Assembly (NCBI GenBank): GCA_963666485.2
Contig: CAXXUO010000001.1
Coordinates: 800,001 to 864,000, forward strand
Length of the DNA stretch: 64,000 bases
Origin: Syntrophorhabdaceae bacterium
GTDB taxonomy: Bacteria > Desulfobacterota > Syntrophorhabdia > Syntrophorhabdales > Syntrophorhabdaceae
Reading direction: 5' to 3'
Numbering within the stretch: position 1 is the stretch's first letter; every line of letters starts with the position of its first letter. The position numbers were made by a program, and so were the translations under genes. This document shows positions 1-9,048 of this stretch, piece by piece. The notes under the pieces are model-generated. The model was not told the DNA's origin. It made no database searches and saw only the letters and a list, made by a program, of their open reading frames with translations.

Positions 1-551
1 TCGTGGTCCCGCCCGAAAGGCTTCTCCATGACGATCCGGATGCTGCGCAGATACTTGCACAGGCTGTGTGCTTTGAGCTTCGCGATGATGAGCGGCGCGG
101 CTTCCGGCGGCACGGCCATGTAGTACACGATCTGCCTTTCACCATCCGGCCCCCGGCCGTGCATTCCCTTTACCTCTTCGTCAAGCCTGTCGTACGTGGC
201 ATCTTCCTCGAAGCGCCCGGAAAAGTACCGGATATGACGCAGAAAACGGCCCCATTCCTTTTCGTCGGGGACCTCGTTCCTCAGTGTCTCGAACGACTTC
301 TGCATCATGTCGCAATATGCGTCGAGGTCCATCTGGAGCCTGTCGAAAACGAGTATGGAAAAATCTGCCGGCAGTTCATTTTTCACGTAGAGCTTGAACA
401 GGGACGGCAGGAGCTTCCGCCGCGTCAGGTCCCCGGCCCCTCCGAAAATGACCATCGTGAACGGCTTTACGTGCACCAATTCCCGCGGGATGTCGCACAC
501 CTGGAGAAAGCGGCTGTAGATCTCGTCCTGCTCCTTTGTCTCCGCACCCAT
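1..551 (-). CDS. zwf: Glucose-6-phosphate 1-dehydrogenase, 5' part (runs off window start)
   Basis: Manual minus-strand translation from ATG at 551 gives MGAETKEQ...MVIFGGAGDLTRRKLLPSLFKLY...RIVMEKPFGRDH, with the G6PD Rossmann and EKPFG motifs. Absent from the ORF track because there is no stop in the window. Confidence 0.93.
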   Translation of the reverse strand, partial: MGAETKEQDEIYSRFLQVCDIPRELVHVKPFTMVIFGGAGDLTRRKLLPSLFKLYVKNELPADFSILVFDRLQMDLDAYCDMMQKSFETLRNEVPDEKEWGRFLRHIRYFSGRFEEDATYDRLDEEVKGMHGRGPDGERQIVYYMAVPPEAAPLIIAKLKAHSLCKYLRSIRIVMEKPFGRDH

Positions 552-562
552 CTTTGCCCTTC

Positions 563-1429
563 CTATCCCGTGATCAGCGAATTCCAATCCGAAGAGAATT
601 TTTCCATTCCCTTTGTCGTCAGATCGTGGGCAATATCGTAATCCTCCCACGGCTTCGCAAGGTCGATCTCCCGGTAGGGGATGGGCTTCAAGTCCCGCGT
701 ATTGTACACGTAATCGTCCGCGGGCAGTGGAAGGCCTTTCTGTCCCCATTCCTTGAGGATGGCGTACGGGGCGGTGATAATGTCGGAGCCGAGCTTGAGC
801 GCGTACATGAGGTGGTCGTACGAACGGACGCTGGCGGTCAGGACCTCCACGTGCCCGTCGCCTGAGCGGTACATTTTCAGGATGTTGGCAATGACATCCA
901 TCCCGTTCTCGCCCCGGTCGTCGAGGCGGCCGATGAACGGGGAGACATAGACGTTACCCTTTCCTGCCCCTCGCGTCGCGGCATAGACGGCAGCTGCCTG
1001 GCTTTGCGAGAAACAGAGCGTCATGTTGATCCTCAGGCCCGCCTTCAGGGCCTCGCTTGCCGCGGCGAGCCCTTCTCGCGACGTCGGGAACTTCACGTGG
1101 GCGTTGGGGATCCACGAGAACATCTCTTTCCCCTGCGCGAGCATGTCCTTCGCCTGCGTTGACGGGACCGCATAGACCTCGACGGATATCGAACCCGCGG
1201 GCATCATCGCCGACAACTCCTGCACCACCTTCTTGTAGAACGTCAGGAGCTCGGACCGGCAAAATTTCTCACCCTCGCTCAGTCTTTCCCGGGCCTCCGG
1301 GTTTTTCGAAAGGAGCGTCGGGTTCGTCGTCTGGCCGTCGAGGAAACCGAGGAGATCTATGATCTCCCTCGTCTCGTCCGGGTTGCCTCCGTCTATGAAG
1401 ATCCTTGTTTTCATTCCGGCGGGCCTCAT
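563..1429 (-). CDS. tal: Transaldolase
   Basis: Motifs GQTTNPTL, VKFP (Schiff-base Lys), NMTLCFS and YVSPFIGR. Glu in SVEV and Phe in SPF favour transaldolase over fructose-6-phosphate aldolase. PPP gene context. Confidence 0.88.
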   Translation of the reverse strand: MRPAGMKTRIFIDGGNPDETREIIDLLGFLDGQTTNPTLLSKNPEARERLSEGEKFCRSELLTFYKKVVQELSAMMPAGSISVEVYAVPSTQAKDMLAQGKEMFSWIPNAHVKFPTSREGLAAASEALKAGLRINMTLCFSQSQAAAVYAATRGAGKGNVYVSPFIGRLDDRGENGMDVIANILKMYRSGDGHVEVLTASVRSYDHLMYALKLGSDIITAPYAILKEWGQKGLPLPADDYVYNTRDLKPIPYREIDLAKPWEDYDIAHDLTTKGMEKFSSDWNSLITG

Positions 1430-3264
1430 ATAACCCCCTTTACCTTCCGGATAATGGCATCCCGGGAGATCTCTTCGTAGTCGAGCAATTCTTCAGGCTT
1501 ACCGCTCACCGGCACCTTTCTCACCGCAAGGACATGAACGGGCGCCGCGCCGTCCACAGCCGTCCTGACCGCCTCGCCCAGTCCGCCTTCGGCGAAATGG
1601 TCCTCCACGGTAATGATCACCTTCGTCTCCCCGGCCGTCTCGCGAAGGGTTACGATATCGATGGGCTTGATGCTGTAAAGATCTATGACGCGGACCATGA
1701 TATCTTCCTTCTTCAACGCGTCGTACGCGGCGAGGGCCTCGAAGACCGTGGCGCCGGCCGCGACGATCGTGGCGCGGTCCCTCGTGTGTATGCGCAGGAC
1801 CCTGCTTCCCCCTATGGCAAACTCGTCATCGCTCTTGTAAAGGATCGGGGTGTTCATCCTGGTCGTGCGGATATAGACAGCCCCCTTGTGGGCAGCCGCC
1901 TGCTCGACAAGCCTTTCCGTGGAAATGGCATCGCAGGGATAAAGGACCACCCCGTCAAGCAAAGTCCGGAACATGGCGACATCTTCAAGGCCCATCTGGG
2001 ACGGGCCGTCCTGCCCTATGGATACGCCGGCGTGCGACCCGGCGATCTTGATATTGCTTTTCGAATACGCGTTCATCCTCACCTGGTCAAAGCATCGCGT
2101 GAGGAAGGTGGCAAAGGTGGAGACGAACGGGATCTTCCCGCGGGCTGCAAGTCCCGCCGCCGCGCCCATCATGTTCTGCTCCGCGATATACATCTCGAAG
2201 AAGCGCGCGGGATATGCCTCCTGATAGATCTCCGAGTACGTGGAATTGCTGACCTCGCCGTCGAGCGCCACAATATTCGGAAATCCGGCGGCGATGCGCT
2301 TGAGGGCGTTTCCGTACGCTTTACGGGTGGCCACCGGGGTTTCGGGGTCATAGGCGGGCTGATCAATGTTCCGGGCGGGGGCCGCCTCGGGCTTCACATC
2401 ATCCGGGGGCTCTATTTGCCCCACGATCGACCTGTCCACATCTCCCAGTTCGACCATCGCCTTCTCGAACTGTTCCTCGTTCAAAGCCTTTCCGTGCCAG
2501 CCATTTTTATCCTCGAGAAAGGAAACGCCTTTCCCCTTGATGGTCCGTGCGATTATCATTACCGGCCTGTCCGTCGACGAACGGGCTTTCTCATATGCCC
2601 CCGCGATCTCATCCGGGTTGTGGCCGTCTATCAGGATGGTGTCCCAGCCGAATGGCGCTATCCGCTCCTCGTAGGCCTTGAGGTCATGCCCGTACATGGT
2701 CTCCCCGCGCTGGCCCAGGCGGTTGACGTCGATGATCCCGATGAGGTTGTTGAGCTTGTAATGCGCCGCGACCTGGATGGCCTCCCACTGGGACCCTTCG
2801 GTCATCTCGCTGTCCCCCAGGAGAACGTAGGTCCTGTAGGGCAGCTTATCGATGTATTTTGCGTTGAGCGCCATTCCGAGGCCAATGGGGAGCCCCTGGC
2901 CCAGCGACCCCGTCGACGCCTCGGTGTAGGGAAACGAAACGACCGGGTGGCCTTCGAGGCGGCTCCCGAATTGCCTTAAGGTCATGAGTTCGTCGAAGGA
3001 CACCTGGCCGGCGGCAGCCCACATGGCGTAGAACAAGGGGGATGCATGGCCTTTCGAAAAGATGATCCGGTCGTTGTTCGGGTTTGCCGGATGGGGGGCG
3101 TCGAACCGGAATGTCCCGCCGAAAAGGAGGCCTGCCATCAGGTCCGCGGCCGACAGCGACGACGTAGGATGCCCCGAACCCGCTTTCGTCGTCGATGCGA
3201 GGATGTAGTAACGGATCAGCCTGGCCAGTTTTTCGAGATATTCCCTGCCTGGTCTGTCATTCAT
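1426..3264 (-). CDS. tkt: Transketolase (short, ~612 aa type)
   Basis: Motifs SGHPTSSLS, SKGHA, LEGHP, TGSLGQG, GDSE...N ThDP motif and IAEQNM. Start placed at MNDRPG (3264) because the longer ORF overlaps gnd. Confidence 0.93.
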   Translation of the reverse strand: MNDRPGREYLEKLARLIRYYILASTTKAGSGHPTSSLSAADLMAGLLFGGTFRFDAPHPANPNNDRIIFSKGHASPLFYAMWAAAGQVSFDELMTLRQFGSRLEGHPVVSFPYTEASTGSLGQGLPIGLGMALNAKYIDKLPYRTYVLLGDSEMTEGSQWEAIQVAAHYKLNNLIGIIDVNRLGQRGETMYGHDLKAYEERIAPFGWDTILIDGHNPDEIAGAYEKARSSTDRPVMIIARTIKGKGVSFLEDKNGWHGKALNEEQFEKAMVELGDVDRSIVGQIEPPDDVKPEAAPARNIDQPAYDPETPVATRKAYGNALKRIAAGFPNIVALDGEVSNSTYSEIYQEAYPARFFEMYIAEQNMMGAAAGLAARGKIPFVSTFATFLTRCFDQVRMNAYSKSNIKIAGSHAGVSIGQDGPSQMGLEDVAMFRTLLDGVVLYPCDAISTERLVEQAAAHKGAVYIRTTRMNTPILYKSDDEFAIGGSRVLRIHTRDRATIVAAGATVFEALAAYDALKKEDIMVRVIDLYSIKPIDIVTLRETAGETKVIITVEDHFAEGGLGEAVRTAVDGAAPVHVLAVRKVPVSGKPEELLDYEEISRDAIIRKVKGVI

Positions 3265-3281
3265 GCTCACTCCCCCGGCGT

Positions 3282-4202
3282 CTATTTTTTGAAAACATCG
3301 TGTTGTCCAAACTGGTTTCGGAGCGCAGAGAGTATCTGCCCCGTATAGGTGGGATGTCCCTCGGACCTCTTCCTGAAATTGACCGCGTCTTCCATGACCG
3401 GTGTCTCGACCTTGAGTTCCCGGGCGGCTTCGACCGTCCACAGGCCCTCCCCGCTCTGGGCGACAGACCCGGAGATCGCGTCGAGCTCCTCCCCGTGTTC
3501 CCGGTAGGCTTTCTCGAGCCATCCCACGAGCCGTGACGCGATAACACTGCCATGATCGTAAAGACCGGCTATCCGGGTGAGATCGAGATCGAACTCAGAG
3601 GCCTTCATCACCGCAAAGCCTTCCGCAAGGGCCTGCATCATCCCGTATTCGATCGCGTTGTGGACCATCTTCACGAAATGCCCCGCTCCGCGGGTGCCCA
3701 CGTATGCGTACCCCCGGGGTACGGAAAGGTCCCGAAAGAGCCGTTCGTACCTGTCGAAGAGGTCCTTTCTGCCGCCCACCATGATGCACGAACCTTCGAG
3801 CGCGCCGGCAGGCCCGCCGCTTACCCCCGCGTCGATGAAACCGATCCCGGCCTTTTCGAGGTCGTCCGAGCGGCGTATGGATTCCTTGTGGTGCGAATTC
3901 CCGCCGTCGACGATCGTGTCGCCGGGGTCGAGCCAGGCCGTTGTCTCTTTGAGGACGCTGTCCACGGCTTCATGGGGCACCATGATCCAGATGAGACGGG
4001 GGGCGGCAAGCAAGCTTACGAGCTGCCTGAGCGATGCCGCGGGCTCGGCGCCGAGTTCGGAGGCCCTCCGTACGGAGTCTTCGTGCGTGTCGAAGGCGAC
4101 AACGCCGTATCCTTTCTTGAGAAGCCTCTCCACCATGTTGAGCCCCATTTTCCCGAGCCCGACATAGCCGATCCTCAATAACGGTTCTTTTCGTTTTCTC
4201 AT
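3282..4202 (-). CDS. gnd: 6-phosphogluconate dehydrogenase, decarboxylating (short ~300 aa type)
   Basis: Motifs GYVGLGKMG, VDGGNS, DAGVSGG, GHFVKMVHNAIEYG, SGEGLWTV and LRNQFGQH. Start codon uncertain. Confidence 0.92.
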   Translation of the reverse strand: MRKRKEPLLRIGYVGLGKMGLNMVERLLKKGYGVVAFDTHEDSVRRASELGAEPAASLRQLVSLLAAPRLIWIMVPHEAVDSVLKETTAWLDPGDTIVDGGNSHHKESIRRSDDLEKAGIGFIDAGVSGGPAGALEGSCIMVGGRKDLFDRYERLFRDLSVPRGYAYVGTRGAGHFVKMVHNAIEYGMMQALAEGFAVMKASEFDLDLTRIAGLYDHGSVIASRLVGWLEKAYREHGEELDAISGSVAQSGEGLWTVEAARELKVETPVMEDAVNFRKRSEGHPTYTGQILSALRNQFGQHDVFKK

Positions 4203-4483
4203 AGTACGCAACTTCGCCAAAATAAAACCCCCTTATTACGACGACGGTGCAGCGGCCGTCCTGCTCAATGCAACCTATGTCGGCGTCTTTGGAGTTTCAA
4301 GGGCGCCGGTACGCCCGCGTCCGTGAATACGCCACAATGGCAGGGTTGCGGACGGCCCGGGGTATCGCCGGTTGACGGTAATCATGAGGTGCATTAGCGT
4401 CTTTCATAGGCCGGGCGATGGGGCGGCCGGTGGCCGGCGGTGATCGGTGCCGGTTTTTTTTCAAAAAATTCAAGAGGGCGCTC

Positions 4484-4885
4484 GTGGAATCTGAAACTTC
4501 TTTTTTTTGGCCTCTCATTTTCTTCTTTTGCTGCGTGGCAGCCGTCGTCGCGGCCATGATAGCCGTGTCGTTCTTTCTCGGCGAGAGACATAAAGGCCGC
4601 GTGACGGACGAGCCGTACGAATCCGGGATGCCCCTCACGGCCGCGCCTCAATTGCGCTTCCACGTAAAGTATTATCTCGTTGCCATGTTTTTCGTCATCT
4701 TCGACGCCGAGGCGCTCTTCATGTTCGCCTGGGCGCTGTCGGTCAGGGAGCTGGGGCTGTCCGGATACATCACATTCCTGGTCTTTGTCCTCGTTCTCAT
4801 GATCGCTCTTGCGTACCTCTGGAAGCGCGGGGCGCTCGATTGGACGAACGGGAAGCATAAGGCCCGGGCTTTAACCCGAATCTAG
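4484..4885 (+). CDS. nuoA: NADH-quinone oxidoreductase subunit A
   Basis: Motifs PYESG and [14 protein letters not shown], three hydrophobic segments. GTG at 4484 follows AGAGGG. Confidence 0.93.
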   Translation: MESETSFFWPLIFFFCCVAAVVAAMIAVSFFLGERHKGRVTDEPYESGMPLTAAPQLRFHVKYYLVAMFFVIFDAEALFMFAWALSVRELGLSGYITFLVFVLVLMIALAYLWKRGALDWTNGKHKARALTRI

Positions 4886-4895
4886 AGAGCGTGCC

Positions 4896-5531
4896 ATGAA
4901 AAACTTTCTGCGGAAAGATCCCTCACCGGGTGTTGCGACAGCGGGCTCCCTGGAAGAAGCTGTCAGCAAAAATATCGTCCTTTCGCGGCTCGAGGACCTC
5001 GTTGCCTGGGGCAGGAAGAATTCGATATGGCCGTTCAACTTCGGGCTTTCGTGCTGCTATGTCGAAATGGCGGTGAGCCTCACGAGCCGGTACGACATTG
5101 CGCGCTTCGGAGCCGAGGTCATCCGCGCGTCGCCCCGTGAGGCCGACCTGATGATCGTTGCGGGCACCGTCTTCATCAAGGTCGCGCCCGTCATCAGGAG
5201 GCTGTACGACCAGATGATGGAGCCGCGGTGGGTCATATCGATGGGATCATGCGCAAACTCGGGCGGGATGTACGACATCTACAGCGTGGTCCAGGGGGTT
5301 GACAGGATACTGCCCGTGGACGTGTACGTACCGGGCTGTCCCCCAAGCCCTGATGCATTTATGGAAGGCCTTCTTCTCCTGCAGCGGATGATCGCGGGGC
5401 AGAGGCGCCCCCTGACGTGGGCCGCAGGCCCCCGGGATGCGGGCCGGGTTGAAAAGCCGTCGATGCGGGACCTGAAAAGGCCGCAGCGGCAAAAGGCAAC
5501 CGTGTTTCCCTCCCCCGATGAGGTGATATGA
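4896..5531 (+). CDS. nuoB: NADH-quinone oxidoreductase subunit B
   Basis: Motifs [20 protein letters not shown] and YVPGCPP (N2 cluster ligands). Confidence 0.96.
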   Translation: MKNFLRKDPSPGVATAGSLEEAVSKNIVLSRLEDLVAWGRKNSIWPFNFGLSCCYVEMAVSLTSRYDIARFGAEVIRASPREADLMIVAGTVFIKVAPVIRRLYDQMMEPRWVISMGSCANSGGMYDIYSVVQGVDRILPVDVYVPGCPPSPDAFMEGLLLLQRMIAGQRRPLTWAAGPRDAGRVEKPSMRDLKRPQRQKATVFPSPDEVI

Positions 5532-7267
5532 ATATCGCTGATACCCCGGAAAGCAGGGATGTTGGAGAAGAACTGCACGACCGCTTCGGCGAGGCCATCA
5601 TAGGGCGGCAGCCGACCCGGGACGGCATCCCTACCGCCTGGGTGGACATTGACCGGCTGAAAGACGTCCTCACATACTTAAAACGGGATGCGGCCGGGCC
5701 CTACCGGATGCTCTATGACCTCACCGCCATCGACGAGCGCGTAAGGGAGAACAGGCACGGCCAGCCGGACGCGGCATTCACGCTCGTCTATCACCTGCTC
5801 TCCCATGAGCGGAACAGTGACGTGCGGATCAAGGTGCCGCTCACGGGCGATGACCCGCACGCCCCGAGCATCACCGGCATCTGGCAGTCGGCCAACTGGT
5901 ACGAGCGCGAGGCCTTTGACATGTTCGGGATCCGCTTCGACGGTCACCCGGACCTGCGGCGCATCCTGATGCCGCTCACGTGGACCGGCCACCCTCTTCG
6001 CAAGGACCACCCGGCCCGGGCAACGGACATGGGACCGTTTTCCCTGCCCGACGACAAGGCCGAAAGGGAAGAGGACGCGCTGCGTTTGAGGCCCGACGGC
6101 GCCGGAGATGTCATGTTCCTCAACATGGGGCCGCACCATCCGGGAACGCACGGCCTCTTGAGGATGATCCTGGAACTCGACGGCGAGGTGATCATGAACG
6201 CCACCCCGGAGATCGGCTTTCATCATCGCGGCGCCGAAAAAATGGGGGAGCGCCAGTCGTGGCACACCTACATCCCCTACACGGACCGCATCGACTATCT
6301 TGCGGGGCCGCTCAACAATTTCCCGTATGTGCTCGCCGTGGAGGCCCTCGCCGGGATCGAAGTGCCCGACAAGGCAAAGGTGATTCGCATCATGGTCGCG
6401 GAGCTTTTCAGGATCTCGAGTCATCTCGTCTACTACGGCACGTTCTCGCAGGACACAGGCGCCATGTCGCCGGTGTTCTTCATGTTCAACGACAGGGAGC
6501 GCGTCTTCCACATCATCGAGGCCATCTGCGGCGGGCGCATGCACCCGGAATGGTTCCGTATAGGAGGCGTGGCGCAGGACCTCCCGAAGGGTTGGGACGG
6601 ACTCGTACGGGACTTCATCTCCTTTATGCCCCGCCGGCTGAAGGAATACGACAGCCTCGTCCTGAAGAACCGCATTTTCAAGGGTCGTACGAAAGGCATC
6701 GGAATCCTCAGCGTAGACGAGGCCGTCGACAGGGGAGTGACCGGGCCGAACCTAAGGGCATGCGGCCTCGCATGGGATTTAAGGAAGAAGCGCCCGTATT
6801 CGGGATATGACCAATTCACGTTCGACGTCCCCACCATGCCCGACGGCGACTGCTATTGCCGCGCCGTCATCCGCGCCGAGGAGATGCGCCAGAGCCTCAG
6901 GATCATAGAACAATGCCTCGAAAACATGCCGGACGGTCCGTACAAGTCCGACCATCCCCTCGCAACCCCGCCGCGCAAGGACAGGACCCTGTGTGATATC
7001 GAAACCCTGATACACCACTTCCTGGGCGTGAGCTGGGGGCCCGTGATACCGGCCGGGGAGGCGGCATTCGGGACGGAAAGCGCAAAGGGGAACAATACGT
7101 TTTACCTGGTAAGCGACGGCGGTGCGATGTCGTACCGGACACGGATCCGGACGCCGTCCTTTCCGCACTTGCAGGCGGTGCCTTTCCTGACTGAGGGACG
7201 TATGCTTGCAGACCTCATCGCGATACTAGGCAGCATCGATTACGTGCTTGCCGATGTCGACCGCTGA
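5528..7267 (+). CDS. nuoCD: NADH-quinone oxidoreductase fused subunit C/D
   Basis: NuoC motifs ([21 protein letters not shown]) fused to NuoD motifs ([18 protein letters not shown]), ending in DYVLADVDR. Confidence 0.96.
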   Translation: MNIADTPESRDVGEELHDRFGEAIIGRQPTRDGIPTAWVDIDRLKDVLTYLKRDAAGPYRMLYDLTAIDERVRENRHGQPDAAFTLVYHLLSHERNSDVRIKVPLTGDDPHAPSITGIWQSANWYEREAFDMFGIRFDGHPDLRRILMPLTWTGHPLRKDHPARATDMGPFSLPDDKAEREEDALRLRPDGAGDVMFLNMGPHHPGTHGLLRMILELDGEVIMNATPEIGFHHRGAEKMGERQSWHTYIPYTDRIDYLAGPLNNFPYVLAVEALAGIEVPDKAKVIRIMVAELFRISSHLVYYGTFSQDTGAMSPVFFMFNDRERVFHIIEAICGGRMHPEWFRIGGVAQDLPKGWDGLVRDFISFMPRRLKEYDSLVLKNRIFKGRTKGIGILSVDEAVDRGVTGPNLRACGLAWDLRKKRPYSGYDQFTFDVPTMPDGDCYCRAVIRAEEMRQSLRIIEQCLENMPDGPYKSDHPLATPPRKDRTLCDIETLIHHFLGVSWGPVIPAGEAAFGTESAKGNNTFYLVSDGGAMSYRTRIRTPSFPHLQAVPFLTEGRMLADLIAILGSIDYVLADVDR

Positions 7268-7288
7268 GCCGTGGAGGATGGGGACACT

Positions 7289-7753
7289 ATGTTGAGCGAA
7301 GAAGAAAGAACAGCGATCCTGAAAGAACTCCGGAATGCGGAAGATTCCCGGGCTATCGCCATAGACGCTTTGATGGTCGTGCAGGCACATCACGGCTATG
7401 TTTCCGACGAGTCCTTGCGCGATGTCGCGGCGGTCCTCGGCATGACGGCGGAGGAACTCGACAGCCTCGCCACGTTCTATTCATTCATTTTCCGGAAGCC
7501 CGTCGGCAGGCACGTGATCTACGTCTGCGACGGCGTGACCTGCTACGTCATGGGCTACGAAAATATCCTCGATCACCTGAGACAGCGCCTCGGTATCGAC
7601 CCGGGAGAGACGACCGAAGACGGCGCGTTCACGCTCCTTCCCGTAAGCTGCATAGGCGCCTGCGACCACGCGCCGGCGATGATGATCGACGGTACTCTTT
7701 ACGGCGACCTCGACACGGAAAAGATAGACGAGATATTGAAGGAACACGGATGA
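7289..7753 (+). CDS. nuoE: NADH-quinone oxidoreductase subunit E
   Basis: 2Fe-2S motifs CDGVTC and CIGAC, plus ATFY. Start could also be 7271. Confidence 0.94.
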   Translation: MLSEEERTAILKELRNAEDSRAIAIDALMVVQAHHGYVSDESLRDVAAVLGMTAEELDSLATFYSFIFRKPVGRHVIYVCDGVTCYVMGYENILDHLRQRLGIDPGETTEDGAFTLLPVSCIGACDHAPAMMIDGTLYGDLDTEKIDEILKEHG

Positions 7754-9048
7754 CGGACGCGGAAAAAAGAAGCAGCGAAAAACCCCTCACCCGGGCGATG
7801 TCAAGCGACGGCGGGCCGCTCGGCATACAGGAATATGAACGTTCCGGCGGCTACGAAGCCTTGCGCAAGGCGCTTCAAAAAATGTCCCCCGCCGGTGTGA
7901 TCGAGGAGGTCAAGGCCTCCAACCTTCGCGGCAGGGGCGGGGCGGGGTTTCCGACCGGGATGAAATGGAGCGCCGTGCCGCCCGACGACGGTTCTTCCCC
8001 GCACCGGTACGTCATCTCCAATTCGGACGAGATGGAGCCGGGTGCATTCAAGGACAGGCTCCTCATGGAGGGGAACCCCCATCAGCTCATCGAGGGGCTT
8101 ATCATCGCAGGGTATGCCACGCAGGCGGACCGGGGCTATGTCTTTTTGCGGTGGGCATACGGAAGGTCCGCGCAAAGATTGAAAAGAGCGATCGAAGAGG
8201 CATACGGGGCGGGGTACCTGGGACGCGACATCCTCAATTCGGGATACAGCTTCGACATAAACCTCCATATCAGCGCCGGGCGGTATATCTGCGGCGAAGA
8301 GACCGCGCTCCTCAATTCGATCGAGGGAAAACGGCCCATACCGAGGGGCAGGCCGCCTTTCCCGCAGGTATGCGGACTGTGGGGGAGGCCTGCGGTCGTC
8401 AACAACGCCGAGACCCTGTCGAACGTGCCCCACATAATCAGGAACGGCGCCGACTGGTACAAGGGGTTGAGCCTGTGTGCAGACGGCGGCACGAAGATGT
8501 ACGCCGTGAGCGGCAAGGTGAAAAACCCCGGGGCGTGGGAGCTCCCCATGGGCATCACAATGCGTGAGCTCCTGTATGACCACGCGGGCGGGATGAAAGA
8601 GGGCTTCACGCTCAAGGGCATCATACCGGGCGGGGCATCCACAGATTTCCTGCTGGAGGAGCACCTTGACACCACGATGGATTTCGACTCCGTTCAGAAG
8701 GCGGGCAGCCGCCTCGGGACGGGGACCATGATCATTCTCGACGACAGGACCTGCCCCGTCGGCATGGTCCACAACCTCGAACGGTTCTTCTCGCGTGAAT
8801 CGTGCGGGTGGTGCACGCCGTGCCGGGAGGGCCTGCCCTGGGTGGAAAAAATGCTCAAGGCGATCGAGGACGGGCAGGGGCGTCACGAGGACATAGAGAT
8901 ACTCGAAGAGATGACGAGGCTCCTGCGCCCGGGGAACACCTTCTGTGTTCACGCACCGGGGGCCATGGAGCCGCTGCAGAGCGCTCTGAAGTTCTTCCGC
9001 GCCGATTTTGAGCGGCATATCGAGGAGGGGCGCTGCCCGTACAAATGA
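7750..9048 (+). CDS. nuoF: NADH-quinone oxidoreductase subunit F
   Basis: Motifs LRGRGGAGF, DEMEPG, YICGEETAL and ESCGWCTPCREG. Confidence 0.96.
   Translation: MTDAEKRSSEKPLTRAMSSDGGPLGIQEYERSGGYEALRKALQKMSPAGVIEEVKASNLRGRGGAGFPTGMKWSAVPPDDGSSPHRYVISNSDEMEPGAFKDRLLMEGNPHQLIEGLIIAGYATQADRGYVFLRWAYGRSAQRLKRAIEEAYGAGYLGRDILNSGYSFDINLHISAGRYICGEETALLNSIEGKRPIPRGRPPFPQVCGLWGRPAVVNNAETLSNVPHIIRNGADWYKGLSLCADGGTKMYAVSGKVKNPGAWELPMGITMRELLYDHAGGMKEGFTLKGIIPGGASTDFLLEEHLDTTMDFDSVQKAGSRLGTGTMIILDDRTCPVGMVHNLERFFSRESCGWCTPCREGLPWVEKMLKAIEDGQGRHEDIEILEEMTRLLRPGNTFCVHAPGAMEPLQSALKFFRADFERHIEEGRCPYK

Noticed and set aside
3..2979. Long plus-strand ORFs 3..641 and 1405..2979 (and similar antisense ORFs throughout the track)
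   Set aside because: They are antisense shadows of zwf and tkt, expected in GC-rich DNA, and carry no recognisable motifs.
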